DNA from: Candidatus Polarisedimenticolia bacterium
GTDB lineage: Bacteria > Acidobacteriota > Polarisedimenticolia > SMYD01
Direction: 5' to 3'
NCBI GenBank assembly: GCA_041580435.1
Contig: JBFGDW010000001.1
Coordinates: 1-50,769, forward strand
Length of the DNA: 50,769 bases
Part shown: piece after piece, positions 9,148 to 18,411 of the stretch
Position numbering within the stretch: position 1 is the first letter of the stretch
Layout of the letters: each line of letters opens with the position of its first letter
Notes under the pieces: generated by a model
Databases searched by the model: none
What the model saw: the letters and a program-made list of their open reading frames with translations, nothing else
What the model was told of the DNA's origin: nothing
Program-made: the position numbers and the translations under genes

Positions 9148-10885
9148 TCCGGCGGCCGGCGGCCTCGGGTGGCCCGGCCGCGCCGCCGCGGCCGCTCTCC
9201 TGCTGGCGGCCTCCCTGCTGGCCACGGCTCCCCTCCTGATCCAGCCCAATCTCCCCCGCGGGGACGACGTGGGCGAGCACGTGCAGTTCGTGCAGGACTT
9301 CGCTGCGGGACTGCGAGAGGGGCGGCTCTACCCCCGCTGGCTCGCCCACAGCAACCGTGGCTTCGGCGCCCCGGCGTTCCTGTTCTACCCGCCCCTGGCC
9401 ACTGCCCTGGTCTCCCTGCTGCACGTGGCAGGCCTCACCCTGTTCGGCGCCTTTCGCGCCGGCTTTCTGGCGTTGACCCTGGCCGGCGCGGCAGCCGGCG
9501 CCTGGCTGGGGGGCCGCCTTGCGGCCTGCCCCCGGGACGGTCTGCTGTCAGGCGCCCTGACCGGCTCGCTCCTTGTGCTCCTCCCCTACCACGCCGTGGA
9601 CATCTATGATCGCTTCGCCCTGGCCGAGACCGCCACCTTTGCCCTGGTGCCGCTCCTCCTGCTGGGACTGGAATGGGAAGGGCGGCGCCAGCTGGTGCTG
9701 GTGGCCGGCGCCTTCGCCGGCCTCTGCCTGGCCCACCTGCCCACGGCCTACCTGGCAGGGCTCATGAGCCTCGGCTGGGTCCTGAGCCGCGGCCGGCACC
9801 GGCTGCCGGCGGTGGCCGGCGCCCTGGGCCTGGGCGCGGTCTGCGCGGCGGTGTACATCCTGCCGGCGGTGGCCGAGCGGCGCCACGTGCACGCCGACTG
9901 GCTCGAGGCCAACCCGGCCTACCGCTACGAGGCCCACTTCCTGCTCGCGCCGCGGCCGCTGGACGTGGACGACCCCATCCACGGGAAGATCCAGGGGCGG
10001 CTCTCCTCTCCCACCCTGGAGCGGGTGCGCTGGGTGGCCCCCCTGACCCTGCTGCTGGCGCTGGCGGCCTGGGGCGTGCGGCGGCTGCGACGCGCCGCCG
10101 GCGACCCGTTACCCGACCCCCTGGACCGCTACGCCCTGCTGGCCCTGCTCGGCACGCTGGGGATGACGCGCCTTTCCGAGCCGCTCTGGCGCTGGCTCCC
10201 CGGCCTGGCCTCGGTGGTCTTCCCCTGGCGACTCACCCTCCTGGTCTCGGTGGCGGCGGCGGTGCTGGCCGGGGTGACCGCAGCCGGCCTGCTGCGCGCG
10301 CCGTCCCGTGCCGGCCGCGGCGCTGGGGCAGCTCTCCTGGCCGCCGTCACCGCGGTTGCGCTCCTGGCCTCCTGGCCCAGCGTCGCCCGGGCCGACTGGC
10401 AAACCTTCACTCCCGAGTACGCGGACCGCGACCTGGTGCGCCTGCGCCTGGCCGGAGCCTTCATGCCCCGCTCCAACCCGCGCATGCGCGGCTTTGGCGC
10501 CCATCCCCCGGCGCGCGCGCCCCGCCTGGTGACCCCCCAGGGAGGTCCCGGCGGAGACGTGCGCGTTGACGTGGAGGAGAACCACGGGCTGGAGCTGACG
10601 GTCCAGGTGGAGGCGCCGGGGGGCGCCCTGCTTCAGGTGGACCGCTTCGACTACCCGGGCTGGCGCGCCCGGGTCAACGGCCAGGTGGTCCCCCACCAGC
10701 GCACACAGCCCCTGGGGACCCTGGAGCTGGCACTGCCCCCGGGACGCCACCAGGTCCACTGGACCTTCGGGCCCACGCCCCTGCGCTGGGCCGCCGCCCT
10801 TCTCTCGGCCCTGGGCCTGGCCGGCCTGGGCGTCTTGACCCTCTCCGGGACGGTCCGTACGATGGGGCGAGGGAGAACTGCATGA
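9119..10885 (+). CDS. Polytopic membrane protein, putative GT-C-type glycosyltransferase (6-pyruvoyl-tetrahydropterin-synthase-related membrane protein family)
   Basis: Many predicted TM helices. N-terminal loop PRGDDVGEHVQFVQDFAAGLREGRLYPRWLAHSNRGFGAPAFLFYPPL is typical of this family. C-terminal soluble beta-rich domain. The track ORF starts at 8954 inside the previous gene; ATG 9119 is the first plausible start (29-nt overlap). Confidence 0.6.
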   Translation: MPSSHATTADPAAGGLGWPGRAAAAALLLAASLLATAPLLIQPNLPRGDDVGEHVQFVQDFAAGLREGRLYPRWLAHSNRGFGAPAFLFYPPLATALVSLLHVAGLTLFGAFRAGFLALTLAGAAAGAWLGGRLAACPRDGLLSGALTGSLLVLLPYHAVDIYDRFALAETATFALVPLLLLGLEWEGRRQLVLVAGAFAGLCLAHLPTAYLAGLMSLGWVLSRGRHRLPAVAGALGLGAVCAAVYILPAVAERRHVHADWLEANPAYRYEAHFLLAPRPLDVDDPIHGKIQGRLSSPTLERVRWVAPLTLLLALAAWGVRRLRRAAGDPLPDPLDRYALLALLGTLGMTRLSEPLWRWLPGLASVVFPWRLTLLVSVAAAVLAGVTAAGLLRAPSRAGRGAGAALLAAVTAVALLASWPSVARADWQTFTPEYADRDLVRLRLAGAFMPRSNPRMRGFGAHPPARAPRLVTPQGGPGGDVRVDVEENHGLELTVQVEAPGGALLQVDRFDYPGWRARVNGQVVPHQRTQPLGTLELALPPGRHQVHWTFGPTPLRWAAALLSALGLAGLGVLTLSGTVRTMGRGRTA

Positions 10886-12312
10886 AGCTGTCGGTGGTCA
10901 TGCCGGTCTACAACGAGATCCACACCATCGAGGAGATCCTGCGCCGCGTGCGCGCTCTCCCCGTGGACAAGGAGATCATCGTCGTGGACGATGGGTCCAC
11001 CGACGGCACCCGGGAGGTGCTGCAGGAGCTGGACTGGCCCGAGGTGCAGGTTTGCTTCCATGACTCCAACCAGGGCAAGGGCGGCGCGCTCTCCACGGGC
11101 TTCGCCCGGACCACCGGCGATGTGGTTGTGATCCAGGACGCCGATCTGGAGTATCACCCCGATGAGATCCCCGCGCTCATCGCCCCCATCCTGGCCGGCA
11201 AGGCCGACGTGGTGTTCGGCTCCCGCTTCCTGGGGGCGCGCCGGGTCTTCATGTTCTCCCACTGGCTGGGGAACCAGATCCTCACCCTGATGGCCAACGT
11301 GCTCTACAACACGACCCTCACCGACATGGAAACCTGCTACAAGGCGTTCCGGGGGCCTGTGGCCCGTAGCCTGAAGCTGCGAGCCCGGGGCTTCGGCTGC
11401 GAGCCGGAGATGACCGCCAAGGTCTTCCGGCGCCACCTGCGGGTCTACGAGGTTCCCATCTCCTACGACGGCCGCAGCTACGCCGAGGGGAAGAAGATCA
11501 CCTGGCTGGACGGCCTCAAGGCCATCTACTGGCTTCTCCGCTGCCGGATCATGGTGGACGACGTGGGACACGAGACCCTGCGCCGCATGGCCGCCACCGA
11601 CCGCTACAGCCGTCACATCGTGGAGCAGATCCGGGCGGACGTGGGCCAGCGGGTCCTGGAGGTGGGATCCGGCATCGGCAACATCTCGGGCCATCTGGGC
11701 CGCCGGGGCCTGCTGGTGGTGAGCGACATCTCCGATCACTACCTGGATCTCCTCCGCCGCAGGTTTGCCGGCAACAGCCGGGTCCAGGTGGTGCGCTACG
11801 ACCTGGAGGAGGGCGCCCGGGAGGATCTCTGCCAGCTGGGCCTGGACACGGTGATCTGCCTCAACGTCCTGGAGCACGTGCTGGACGACGGCGCGGCCCT
11901 GCGCGGCCTGGCTGGCCTTCTGGGTCGCGGCGGACGGCTCATCCTGCTGGTTCCGGCCCACCCGGCCCTGTACTCAAGCCTGGACCGGAACCTGGACCAC
12001 CACCGGCGCTACAGCCGGCGGCAGCTTCACGACCTGCTCCGGAACAGTGGCTTCGTGGTGGAGCGCAGCTTCCACCTCAACGCCCTGGGAGCGCTGGGCT
12101 GGTGGCTCAACGGAAAGGTGCTGCGGCGCAAGATCCTGCCGGGCGGCCAGCTGCGCCTGTTCAACCTCATGGTCGGGCTCCTCAGGCTGGAATCGTGGGT
12201 CCGACCGCCCTTCGGCCTGTCGCTGGTGGTCACCGCCCGGCAGGGGGCGGTGGTGGAGCCGGTGCGGCGGGAGCGGATGGCCGGCGCCGCCGTGCGCGCC
12301 CCCGTTTCCTGA
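10882..12312 (+). CDS. Bifunctional fusion: GT2 glycosyltransferase (N) plus class I SAM-dependent methyltransferase (C)
   Basis: VVMPVYNEIHTIEEIL, IIVVDDGSTDGT and VIQDADLEYHP (DxD) define GT2. VLEVGSGIGNISGHL and VICLNVLEHVLDDGAAL...GGRLILLVP define the methyltransferase. ATGA overlap with the upstream stop (10882..10885). Confidence 0.85.
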   Translation: MKLSVVMPVYNEIHTIEEILRRVRALPVDKEIIVVDDGSTDGTREVLQELDWPEVQVCFHDSNQGKGGALSTGFARTTGDVVVIQDADLEYHPDEIPALIAPILAGKADVVFGSRFLGARRVFMFSHWLGNQILTLMANVLYNTTLTDMETCYKAFRGPVARSLKLRARGFGCEPEMTAKVFRRHLRVYEVPISYDGRSYAEGKKITWLDGLKAIYWLLRCRIMVDDVGHETLRRMAATDRYSRHIVEQIRADVGQRVLEVGSGIGNISGHLGRRGLLVVSDISDHYLDLLRRRFAGNSRVQVVRYDLEEGAREDLCQLGLDTVICLNVLEHVLDDGAALRGLAGLLGRGGRLILLVPAHPALYSSLDRNLDHHRRYSRRQLHDLLRNSGFVVERSFHLNALGALGWWLNGKVLRRKILPGGQLRLFNLMVGLLRLESWVRPPFGLSLVVTARQGAVVEPVRRERMAGAAVRAPVS

Positions 12313-12348
12313 CCGCCGCCCCGGGACGATCCATCCGGAGCGAGGGAG

Positions 12349-13083
12349 TCAGCGCTCGGCCGCCTGAGGCAGCTCCCGGTCCGCCGCGCCTCCGGCGGGC
12401 CCGCTGCTCCAGTTGCGCAGCGCCTCGCCCATGTCGGCCAGATCCCGCCCCCAGCCCGTCCAGCGGATGATCTGCTCGTCCCGCGTTCCCGGCGACAGGA
12501 CCACCTTCCCCTCTGCCGGCTCCACCCGGATCCCCTGGCCTGCCGAGATGCCCCGGGGGGTGCGGACGCTCACGGTCCCCTCGCCACGCACCGCCCCCTG
12601 GGGGGACAGGGTGAGGGACGCGGCGCGCACCAGGAAGTCATCCCCCACCCTCAGGACCACGTCGCCGGTGAGCTCCAGCCCTGCGTCCCCGGGCAGAACC
12701 CGGCCCTGGCCCGCCAGCAGGCGCACCTCCGGGCGGGAGCCGCGGAACAGCTCCAGCACCGGACGATCCAGGAGCATGCCCTCCCCCTCCGATTCCAGGC
12801 CTGCGGCAGTGATCTGCCAGCGGTCGCCGGTGCGGGTGACCGCCTGGTACTCGAACCGCTCCAGGCGAACCGCCGCCCGCTCCCCCGCCGGCGAGGCCTC
12901 GGGGGTGGTGAGGGCGCCCAGGGGCCCTGCCGGATCGCCGCCCACCCTGGCCACCAGGACGATGGCCACGGCGCCGGCCGCGATCCCCGTCAGCGCCAGC
13001 CACCAGGGAAGGCGCGATGCCCGTGGCGCGGATGCGACGGGGAGGTCGGGCGCGGGCGGGGTGAGATCGGCTGGAGGTGCCAT
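12349..13083 (-). CDS. Membrane-anchored periplasmic protein, LptC/OstA-like beta-jellyroll (tentative)
   Basis: Single N-terminal TM (WWLALTGIAAGAVAIVLVA). It is followed by repeated beta-strand segments of the LptC pattern (LERFEYQAVTRTGDRWQITAAGLE..., LTGDVVLRVGDDFLVRAASLTLSP...). The function call is weak. Confidence 0.5.
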   Translation of the reverse strand: MAPPADLTPPAPDLPVASAPRASRLPWWLALTGIAAGAVAIVLVARVGGDPAGPLGALTTPEASPAGERAAVRLERFEYQAVTRTGDRWQITAAGLESEGEGMLLDRPVLELFRGSRPEVRLLAGQGRVLPGDAGLELTGDVVLRVGDDFLVRAASLTLSPQGAVRGEGTVSVRTPRGISAGQGIRVEPAEGKVVLSPGTRDEQIIRWTGWGRDLADMGEALRNWSSGPAGGAADRELPQAAER

Positions 13084-13259
13084 CGGCTGGCTTCCTCTCG
13101 CTTCGAGGTCGGCCCGGCGGGGGGCGACCAGGTCCCTAGATCATAGGCTGGAAGCCGCCGGGCGGCAAGGAAAGACCGTATCAGAATCAGCACGCGTGTT
13201 CAGTTCCTGAGCAGTCGCCACCACTTCCCTGCATTCAGGCCATGCACTAGGGTGGCTCC

Positions 13260-14003
13260 ATGCCTCCAGGTCCCCAGCTGGCGCGCCCGCCGCGGCCCGG
13301 GCCGCCGGCCCTTGTTGTCCTGGCCCGGAGGCCGGTCGCCGGGCAGGTCAAGAGCCGGCTGGCGCGACAGGTGGGACAGCACGCTGCCCTGGACCTGTAC
13401 ACGGCCTTCCTGGCCGACACGCTCACCCGCGCCGGATGGTGTGCCGGTGCCCTGGGCCTGCGCCTGGTGGTGGCGTGGGCCGGCCCACCCGGGCCGATGC
13501 TGCCCATCCCGCCGGGTGCCCTTCATCTGCGTCAGTCAGCCGGCGACCTGGGCCGGAGGCAGGAGGAAGCCGTGTCCCGGGCGGCCGCCATCGGGGCGGC
13601 ACCGGTGCTCCTGGTAGGGGCCGACAGCCCCACTCTCCCCGAGCGCCTGCTGGCCCAGGCGCTCACCCGCCTGCGGCGCTGCCAGCGGCCTGCCGATCTC
13701 GTGGTGGCACCGGCCCTGGACGGCGGCTACGTTCTGCTGGGCCTGCATGGCCCGTGCCCCGGGCTGCTGCAGGCCATCCCGTGGGGCACGGACCAGGTGC
13801 TCTCCCGCCTGCGGGCGCGCGCAGTGCGCCTCAGCCTGCGCCTGGAGTGTCTGGAGCCATGGTACGACGTGGACGACGGGGACGGGCTGCGGCGCCTGCG
13901 TTGCGACCTGCGCCGCCTCGGCTCCAGGGCCGCGCCGCGCACCGCCGCCGCCCTGGAGCGGCTGGCCAGGCCAGGGGGGGTGCTAGGATCGGAGCATGCC
14001 TGA
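13260..14003 (+). CDS. DUF2064 / TIGR04282-type nucleotidyl-/glycosyl-transferase-like protein
   Basis: LVVLARRPVAGQVKSRLA..., LLVGADSPTLP, APALDGGYVLLGL and IPWGTDQVL are the characteristic blocks of this family. Confidence 0.72.
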   Translation: MPPGPQLARPPRPGPPALVVLARRPVAGQVKSRLARQVGQHAALDLYTAFLADTLTRAGWCAGALGLRLVVAWAGPPGPMLPIPPGALHLRQSAGDLGRRQEEAVSRAAAIGAAPVLLVGADSPTLPERLLAQALTRLRRCQRPADLVVAPALDGGYVLLGLHGPCPGLLQAIPWGTDQVLSRLRARAVRLSLRLECLEPWYDVDDGDGLRRLRCDLRRLGSRAAPRTAAALERLARPGGVLGSEHA

Positions 14004-14187
14004 CCGTCTCACGCGCAGCAACGACCGGATGATCGGCGGGGTCTGTGGCGGCTTGGCGGAGTGGCTGGGGTGGGATCCGACGCTGGTCCGGCTGGTCTAC
14101 GTGCTGGTGTCGATCCTCAGCGTGGCCTTCCCGGGGCTGCTGGTCTACCTCATCCTCTGGATCGTCATGCCGCCCCCCGGGCGCTAG
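13996..14187 (+). CDS. PspC-domain membrane protein
   Basis: 63 aa: LTRSNDRMIGGVCGGLAEWLGWDPTLVRLVYVLVSIL... is the canonical PspC domain. 8-nt overlap with the upstream gene. Confidence 0.85.
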   Translation: MPDRLTRSNDRMIGGVCGGLAEWLGWDPTLVRLVYVLVSILSVAFPGLLVYLILWIVMPPPGR

Positions 14188-14217
14188 TCCGCCCCGCTCC
14201 CCGGGCGCCAGGACCGC

Positions 14218-16326
14218 TCAGCCCCCCGCCAGCAGCCCGAGACGGCGACCCCATCGCGCCTGCACCGCCTGCTCCAAGACGGAAGGCAGGTCCGCGCGGC
14301 TGAGATCCACCGCCCACTCGCGTGCCGCATCCAGGAGATCCGCGTCGCGGGCCGGGTGGGCCAGGCGGAGATCGGCCTCGCCATGCTGGCGCTCGCCCAG
14401 CACCTCTCCGGGACCGCGCAGGGCCAGGTCGAGGCGGGCGATGGCGAAGCCGTCGTCGGTCTCGGCCAACAGCCGCAGGCGCTCCTGCGCCTCCGGGGCG
14501 GCCTGGGGCCCTTGCAGCAGCAGGCAGCGCCCTGGACGCGTGCCGCGCCCCACGCGGCCCCGGAGCTGATGCAGCTGGGCCAGGCCGAACCGCTCGGCGT
14601 GCTCCACGACCATGAGAGTGGCGCCGGGAACATCCACTCCCACCTCCACCACCGATGTGGAGACCAGCACCGGCAGGCGCCCTGTGGCGAAGCTCTCCAT
14701 CACCTCCTGTCGCTTCTCGCCGGGCATGCGCCCATGCACCAGCCCCAGGGCGATCCCTGCGAGCGGGCCGGCGGCCAGATCCTGGTGCGCCCTGCGGGCC
14801 GCCGCCCGGCCCAGCGGGCCGCCCTCCTCCAGCAGGGGGTAGACGATGAAGGCCTGGTTCCCTTCCGCCACCACCTCCCGCACCGCTTGCCAGGCCTCAT
14901 CCCGACGGGATGCCGGAAGCACCTCGGTGGCCACCGCCACCCGGCCCGGCGGCCGGTCTCGTATCTCGGCGTGGTCCAGGTCGCCGTAGCGTGTCAGGGC
15001 CAGGGAGCGGGGGATGGGCGTGGCGGTCATGATCAGGAGGTCCGGCTCCCTCCCCTTGGCCGCCAGGCGGAGCCGCTGGCCGACGCCGAAGCGGTGCTGC
15101 TCGTCCACGATGACCAGCCCGAGCCGGTGAAAGGCCACGTCGTCCTGGATCAGGGCATGAGTGCCCACCACCAGGCGCACGCGCCCGGCTGCCAGCGCCC
15201 GCTTCACCTCGCGGCGCCGGGGAGCCGGCAGCCGTCCGGTGAGCAGTCCCACCGGGTGGCCGGCCGGCCGCAGCAGCTCCTCCGCCACCCGGTGCTGCTG
15301 CTCGGCCAGGACCTCGGTGGGGACCATGAGGGCGGCCTGCTGTCCGTTCTCCGCGGCCAGCCACATGGTCAGCATGGCGACCAGCGTCTTACCCGAGCCC
15401 ACGTCCCCCTGGAGGAGGCGGGCCATGGGGGCGGGAGAGCGGAGATCCTGCCCGATGCAGCGGATGGCCTCACGCTGGCCGGGGGTCAGCGGGAACGGGA
15501 GCAGCCGGGCCATGCGAGCGCGCAGATCGGGGGGGACCTGGTAGGCGAAGCCCCTCCGAGAGGCGCGCCGCTGGCGGCGCTTCCGCTCCAGGGCCAGGCA
15601 GAGCAGGAGGAGCTCCTCGAACGCCAGCCGCCGCCGGGCGGCGGTGGCGGCGGCCGGCACGCCCTCCTCCACCGTCCCCTCGGGAAAGTGGAGGGCGTGA
15701 AGCGCCGCGGCCCGTCCGGGAAGCGCCAGCCGAGCCCGCATCTCCTCCGGCAGGGGATCGGCCGCGGCGCCAGGCGGCAGATCCTGGAGCGCCTGGTGCA
15801 TGAGCCGGCGGAGCATGCGCCCGGAGAGGGGGCCCACCCGCCGGTAGACCGGCACCACGCGCCCCATGTGGATGGCGTCCTCCGGTCCAGCCTCCGCGGG
15901 CAGCATCTCCAGCTCGGGATTCTCCATCTGGCGGGGACGGCCGCGGCCCCGGGACGGCTTGCAGTCGCCGTGCAGGATGAGCTCCCGGCCGGGGGCCAGG
16001 TGGCGCGCCAGGTAAGGCTGGTTGAACCAGACCGCCGTCTCCTGGGTCTCGCCGTCGCTCACCGCCGCCCGCACCAGGGAGAAACCCCGCCGGCGGGTGC
16101 GGATGAGGCGGGACTCCACCACCTTGACGCGCACCGTCCCCTTCTCACCTGGCGGGAGCGCTGCCAGCTGGCGCAATGAGTGAAAGGCCCGCCGGTCCTC
16201 GTGGCGCAGCGGCGCCAGCAGGAGGAGGTCCTCCACGCTGGCGATCCCCAGCGTTCCCAGCCGGGCTGCCCGGGCCGGGCCGATGCCGCGCAGGGCGCTG
16301 AGGGGGCGCGGCGCCGCGGCGCTCAC
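14218..16326 (-). CDS. recG: ATP-dependent DNA helicase RecG
   Basis: LSALRGIGPARAARL, wedge region, Walker A QGDVGSGKT, VIVDEQHRFGV, MTATPIPRSL, QLHQLRGRVGRG. The 907-aa track ORF is over-extended. The GTG at 16326 overlaps the stop of the upstream gene (GTGA at 16323..16326) and gives about 702 aa, a typical RecG length. Confidence 0.9.
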   Translation of the reverse strand: MSAAAPRPLSALRGIGPARAARLGTLGIASVEDLLLLAPLRHEDRRAFHSLRQLAALPPGEKGTVRVKVVESRLIRTRRRGFSLVRAAVSDGETQETAVWFNQPYLARHLAPGRELILHGDCKPSRGRGRPRQMENPELEMLPAEAGPEDAIHMGRVVPVYRRVGPLSGRMLRRLMHQALQDLPPGAAADPLPEEMRARLALPGRAAALHALHFPEGTVEEGVPAAATAARRRLAFEELLLLCLALERKRRQRRASRRGFAYQVPPDLRARMARLLPFPLTPGQREAIRCIGQDLRSPAPMARLLQGDVGSGKTLVAMLTMWLAAENGQQAALMVPTEVLAEQQHRVAEELLRPAGHPVGLLTGRLPAPRRREVKRALAAGRVRLVVGTHALIQDDVAFHRLGLVIVDEQHRFGVGQRLRLAAKGREPDLLIMTATPIPRSLALTRYGDLDHAEIRDRPPGRVAVATEVLPASRRDEAWQAVREVVAEGNQAFIVYPLLEEGGPLGRAAARRAHQDLAAGPLAGIALGLVHGRMPGEKRQEVMESFATGRLPVLVSTSVVEVGVDVPGATLMVVEHAERFGLAQLHQLRGRVGRGTRPGRCLLLQGPQAAPEAQERLRLLAETDDGFAIARLDLALRGPGEVLGERQHGEADLRLAHPARDADLLDAAREWAVDLSRADLPSVLEQAVQARWGRRLGLLAGG

Positions 16327-17672
16327 CACGCCCGGGTCAGGCGGCGCACCCGCGCCGTCACCTCCGCCAGGGGGACACGGACCGTGTCCCCCCCGTGGAA
16401 GACCGTCTCCCCGCCCACCACCACGCGGGTGATGGCCTGGGGCATCATGGAGTAAATCAGGTTCTGGCGCAGGTTCTGCACCGGCGCCAGGGAGGGATCC
16501 TCCAGGTCCAGGGCCACGAAGTCGGCGGGTTGCCCCGGGGCGATGCGCCCCACCGGCAGGCCCAGGGCCTCTCCCCCTTCCCAGGTGCCCATGGCCAGGG
16601 CCTCGGACGCCGTGACGGCCGTGGCATCCTGGCGCACCCCCTTCTGGAGCACGGCCGCCAGCCGCATCTCGTCGAAGAGGCTGAGCCGCGAGTTCACGCA
16701 CCCGCCGTCCGTCCCCAGGCCCACAAGCACACCCCGTCGCCGGAACCCCGGCAGGTCGGCCACCCCGTCGGCCAGGAAGAGGTTCGCGCCCGGGCAGTGG
16801 GCCAGTCGCACGCCGCGCTCGGCCATCAGGTCCTTCTCCCCCTCGTCCAGGTGGCAGCCGTGGACCAGGAGCATGGAGTCGTCCACCACGCCCAGCCCAT
16901 CCAGGAACCGCAGCGGCGTCACCCCATGCTGCCGGCGGCACTCCTCAACCTCGAAGGGCTGCTCGGCCACGTGGATGTGGAGCGGGACCCGCCGCTCCCG
17001 CGCCAGGGCGTGGGCGGCCTGGATCATCGCCGGCGAGGCGGCGTGCACCGAGTGGGGGGCCGGCACCACCTGCACCCGCGCGTCCCCGGCACACTCGTCC
17101 ATGAGGTCGCGGCAGCGGGCGGCGGCGTCCTCCAGTCTTTCCCGGAAGGATGGCGGGGCCGCCTGTCCGTCGTAGAAGGTGCGGGCCAGCACCAGGCGGA
17201 TGCCGGCGTCCCCCGCCGCCCGCCGCACCGCCCGGTCCCCCTCCAGCCCGGCTCCGTGGAGGTAGAAGAACTCCGCCACGGTGGTGATCCCGGCCCGGAG
17301 CATCTCGCAGAAGGCGAACAGGGACCCGGTGTAGATCCCCTCCACGTCCAGGGTCGCACCCCACCGGTAGAGGGAACGGTCGCGCCACTCCAGGAACGGA
17401 AGGTCGTCGCCGAACCCCCTGAGCAGCGACTGGAAGGCGTGGGCATGGACGTTCACCGTCCCGGGCAGGAGGGCCTGCCCCGGCAGGGCCACCGTCTCCG
17501 GCGGCGGCCCGGGCGGCGCAGGCCCCGGGCTCTCCCCCACCGGGATCACGGCGGTGATGGTCTCCCCCGCCGTCTCCACCGCCAGACCTTCCTGAAACGC
17601 GCCGTCCACCAGCACCCGGTCCGGCTGGAAGAGGCGGCGCGCCCCTGCGGCCCCGTCCCCTGCGCCCGTCAT
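16323..17672 (-). CDS. Amidohydrolase-superfamily deaminase (HutF / guanine-deaminase / MtaD-like)
   Basis: PGTVNVHAHAFQSLLRG (HxH metal site), HIHVAEQ, LVHGCHL, LGTDGG. Start taken at ATG 17672, preceded by GGAGG. The upstream part of the track ORF overlaps the HAD gene. Confidence 0.8.
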   Translation of the reverse strand: MTGAGDGAAGARRLFQPDRVLVDGAFQEGLAVETAGETITAVIPVGESPGPAPPGPPPETVALPGQALLPGTVNVHAHAFQSLLRGFGDDLPFLEWRDRSLYRWGATLDVEGIYTGSLFAFCEMLRAGITTVAEFFYLHGAGLEGDRAVRRAAGDAGIRLVLARTFYDGQAAPPSFRERLEDAAARCRDLMDECAGDARVQVVPAPHSVHAASPAMIQAAHALARERRVPLHIHVAEQPFEVEECRRQHGVTPLRFLDGLGVVDDSMLLVHGCHLDEGEKDLMAERGVRLAHCPGANLFLADGVADLPGFRRRGVLVGLGTDGGCVNSRLSLFDEMRLAAVLQKGVRQDATAVTASEALAMGTWEGGEALGLPVGRIAPGQPADFVALDLEDPSLAPVQNLRQNLIYSMMPQAITRVVVGGETVFHGGDTVRVPLAEVTARVRRLTRAW

Positions 17673-17694
17673 CGCGGCCCTCCGGCGGCGGATG

Positions 17695-18411
17695 CTAACA
17701 CAGGGATCCGCACCGATGGTGCCGGGCCACGCGCTCCGGGATCTCCCGCAGGCTGAGCACCGTCTCGCCGGTGCCCGTGGGCGCCGCGCGATCCACCAGC
17801 AGGGCATGCAGGCCGGCGCGCCGGGCCGGTTCCAGGTCCATGGCCCGCCGATCCCCCACGTGCAGGATCGCCTCCGGTGGCAGCCCCGCCCGCTGGCAGG
17901 CGCGCCGGAAGAGGCGCACGTCCGGCTTGCGCAGCCCCTCGTGGGCGGAGATCACAAGCGGCCCGAAATAGGGCGCCAGCCCCAGGGCCGCCAGCAGCGG
18001 GCCGAGGCGCGCGTCCCAGTTGGAGAGCACGCCCAGGCCCAGGCCCATGCGCCGCAAGGTCTCCAGCGCCGGCACGACATCGCTGAAGACGTGCCAGGAT
18101 CCAGGCCGGGCGAAGACCTCGTCGCAATCGGCAAAGCAGGCGTCCCGGTCGCCTGTGAATCCCAGATGGTCGAAGATCTCTTCCACCAGGCCGCGCCACC
18201 ACCGGCGGTTGGCCGACGCGTCGGCGGTCACCATGCCCGCGTCCCCCGAGGCCTCGCGCCGGGACCAGACCCGGGCGAAGGCCGCCTCCAGCTCCTCCGG
18301 CCCCGCCGTCAGGCCGTGGGGCCGGCAGGCGCTGGCGTAGAGCCGGCCCAGGGACGGCTCCGGGCGCAGCAGGGTCCCGGCGGCGTCCAGGTAGACGAAG
18401 CGGATGCTCAC
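17695..18411 (-). CDS. HAD-superfamily hydrolase, subfamily IA (REG-2 / haloacid-dehalogenase-like)
   Basis: FVYLDAAGTLL (motif I), GVLSNWD (motif II), KPDVRLF and HVGDRRAMDLEPARRAG (motifs III/IV). The GTG start overlaps the upstream stop (GTGA at 18408..18411). Confidence 0.8.
   Translation of the reverse strand: MSIRFVYLDAAGTLLRPEPSLGRLYASACRPHGLTAGPEELEAAFARVWSRREASGDAGMVTADASANRRWWRGLVEEIFDHLGFTGDRDACFADCDEVFARPGSWHVFSDVVPALETLRRMGLGLGVLSNWDARLGPLLAALGLAPYFGPLVISAHEGLRKPDVRLFRRACQRAGLPPEAILHVGDRRAMDLEPARRAGLHALLVDRAAPTGTGETVLSLREIPERVARHHRCGSLC

Noticed and set aside
13170-13200. CACGCGTG palindrome in the LptC-like/DUF2064 divergent spacer.
   Set aside because: An 8-bp GC-rich palindrome is expected by chance in this composition, and the flanks do not extend the symmetry.
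16327-16941. About 200-aa N-terminal extension of RecG in the 907-aa track ORF.
   Set aside because: The extension is Gly/Arg/Pro-rich with no homology and completely overlaps the 3' end of the amidohydrolase gene in another frame. The GTG at 16326 gives a normal-length RecG and a GTGA junction.
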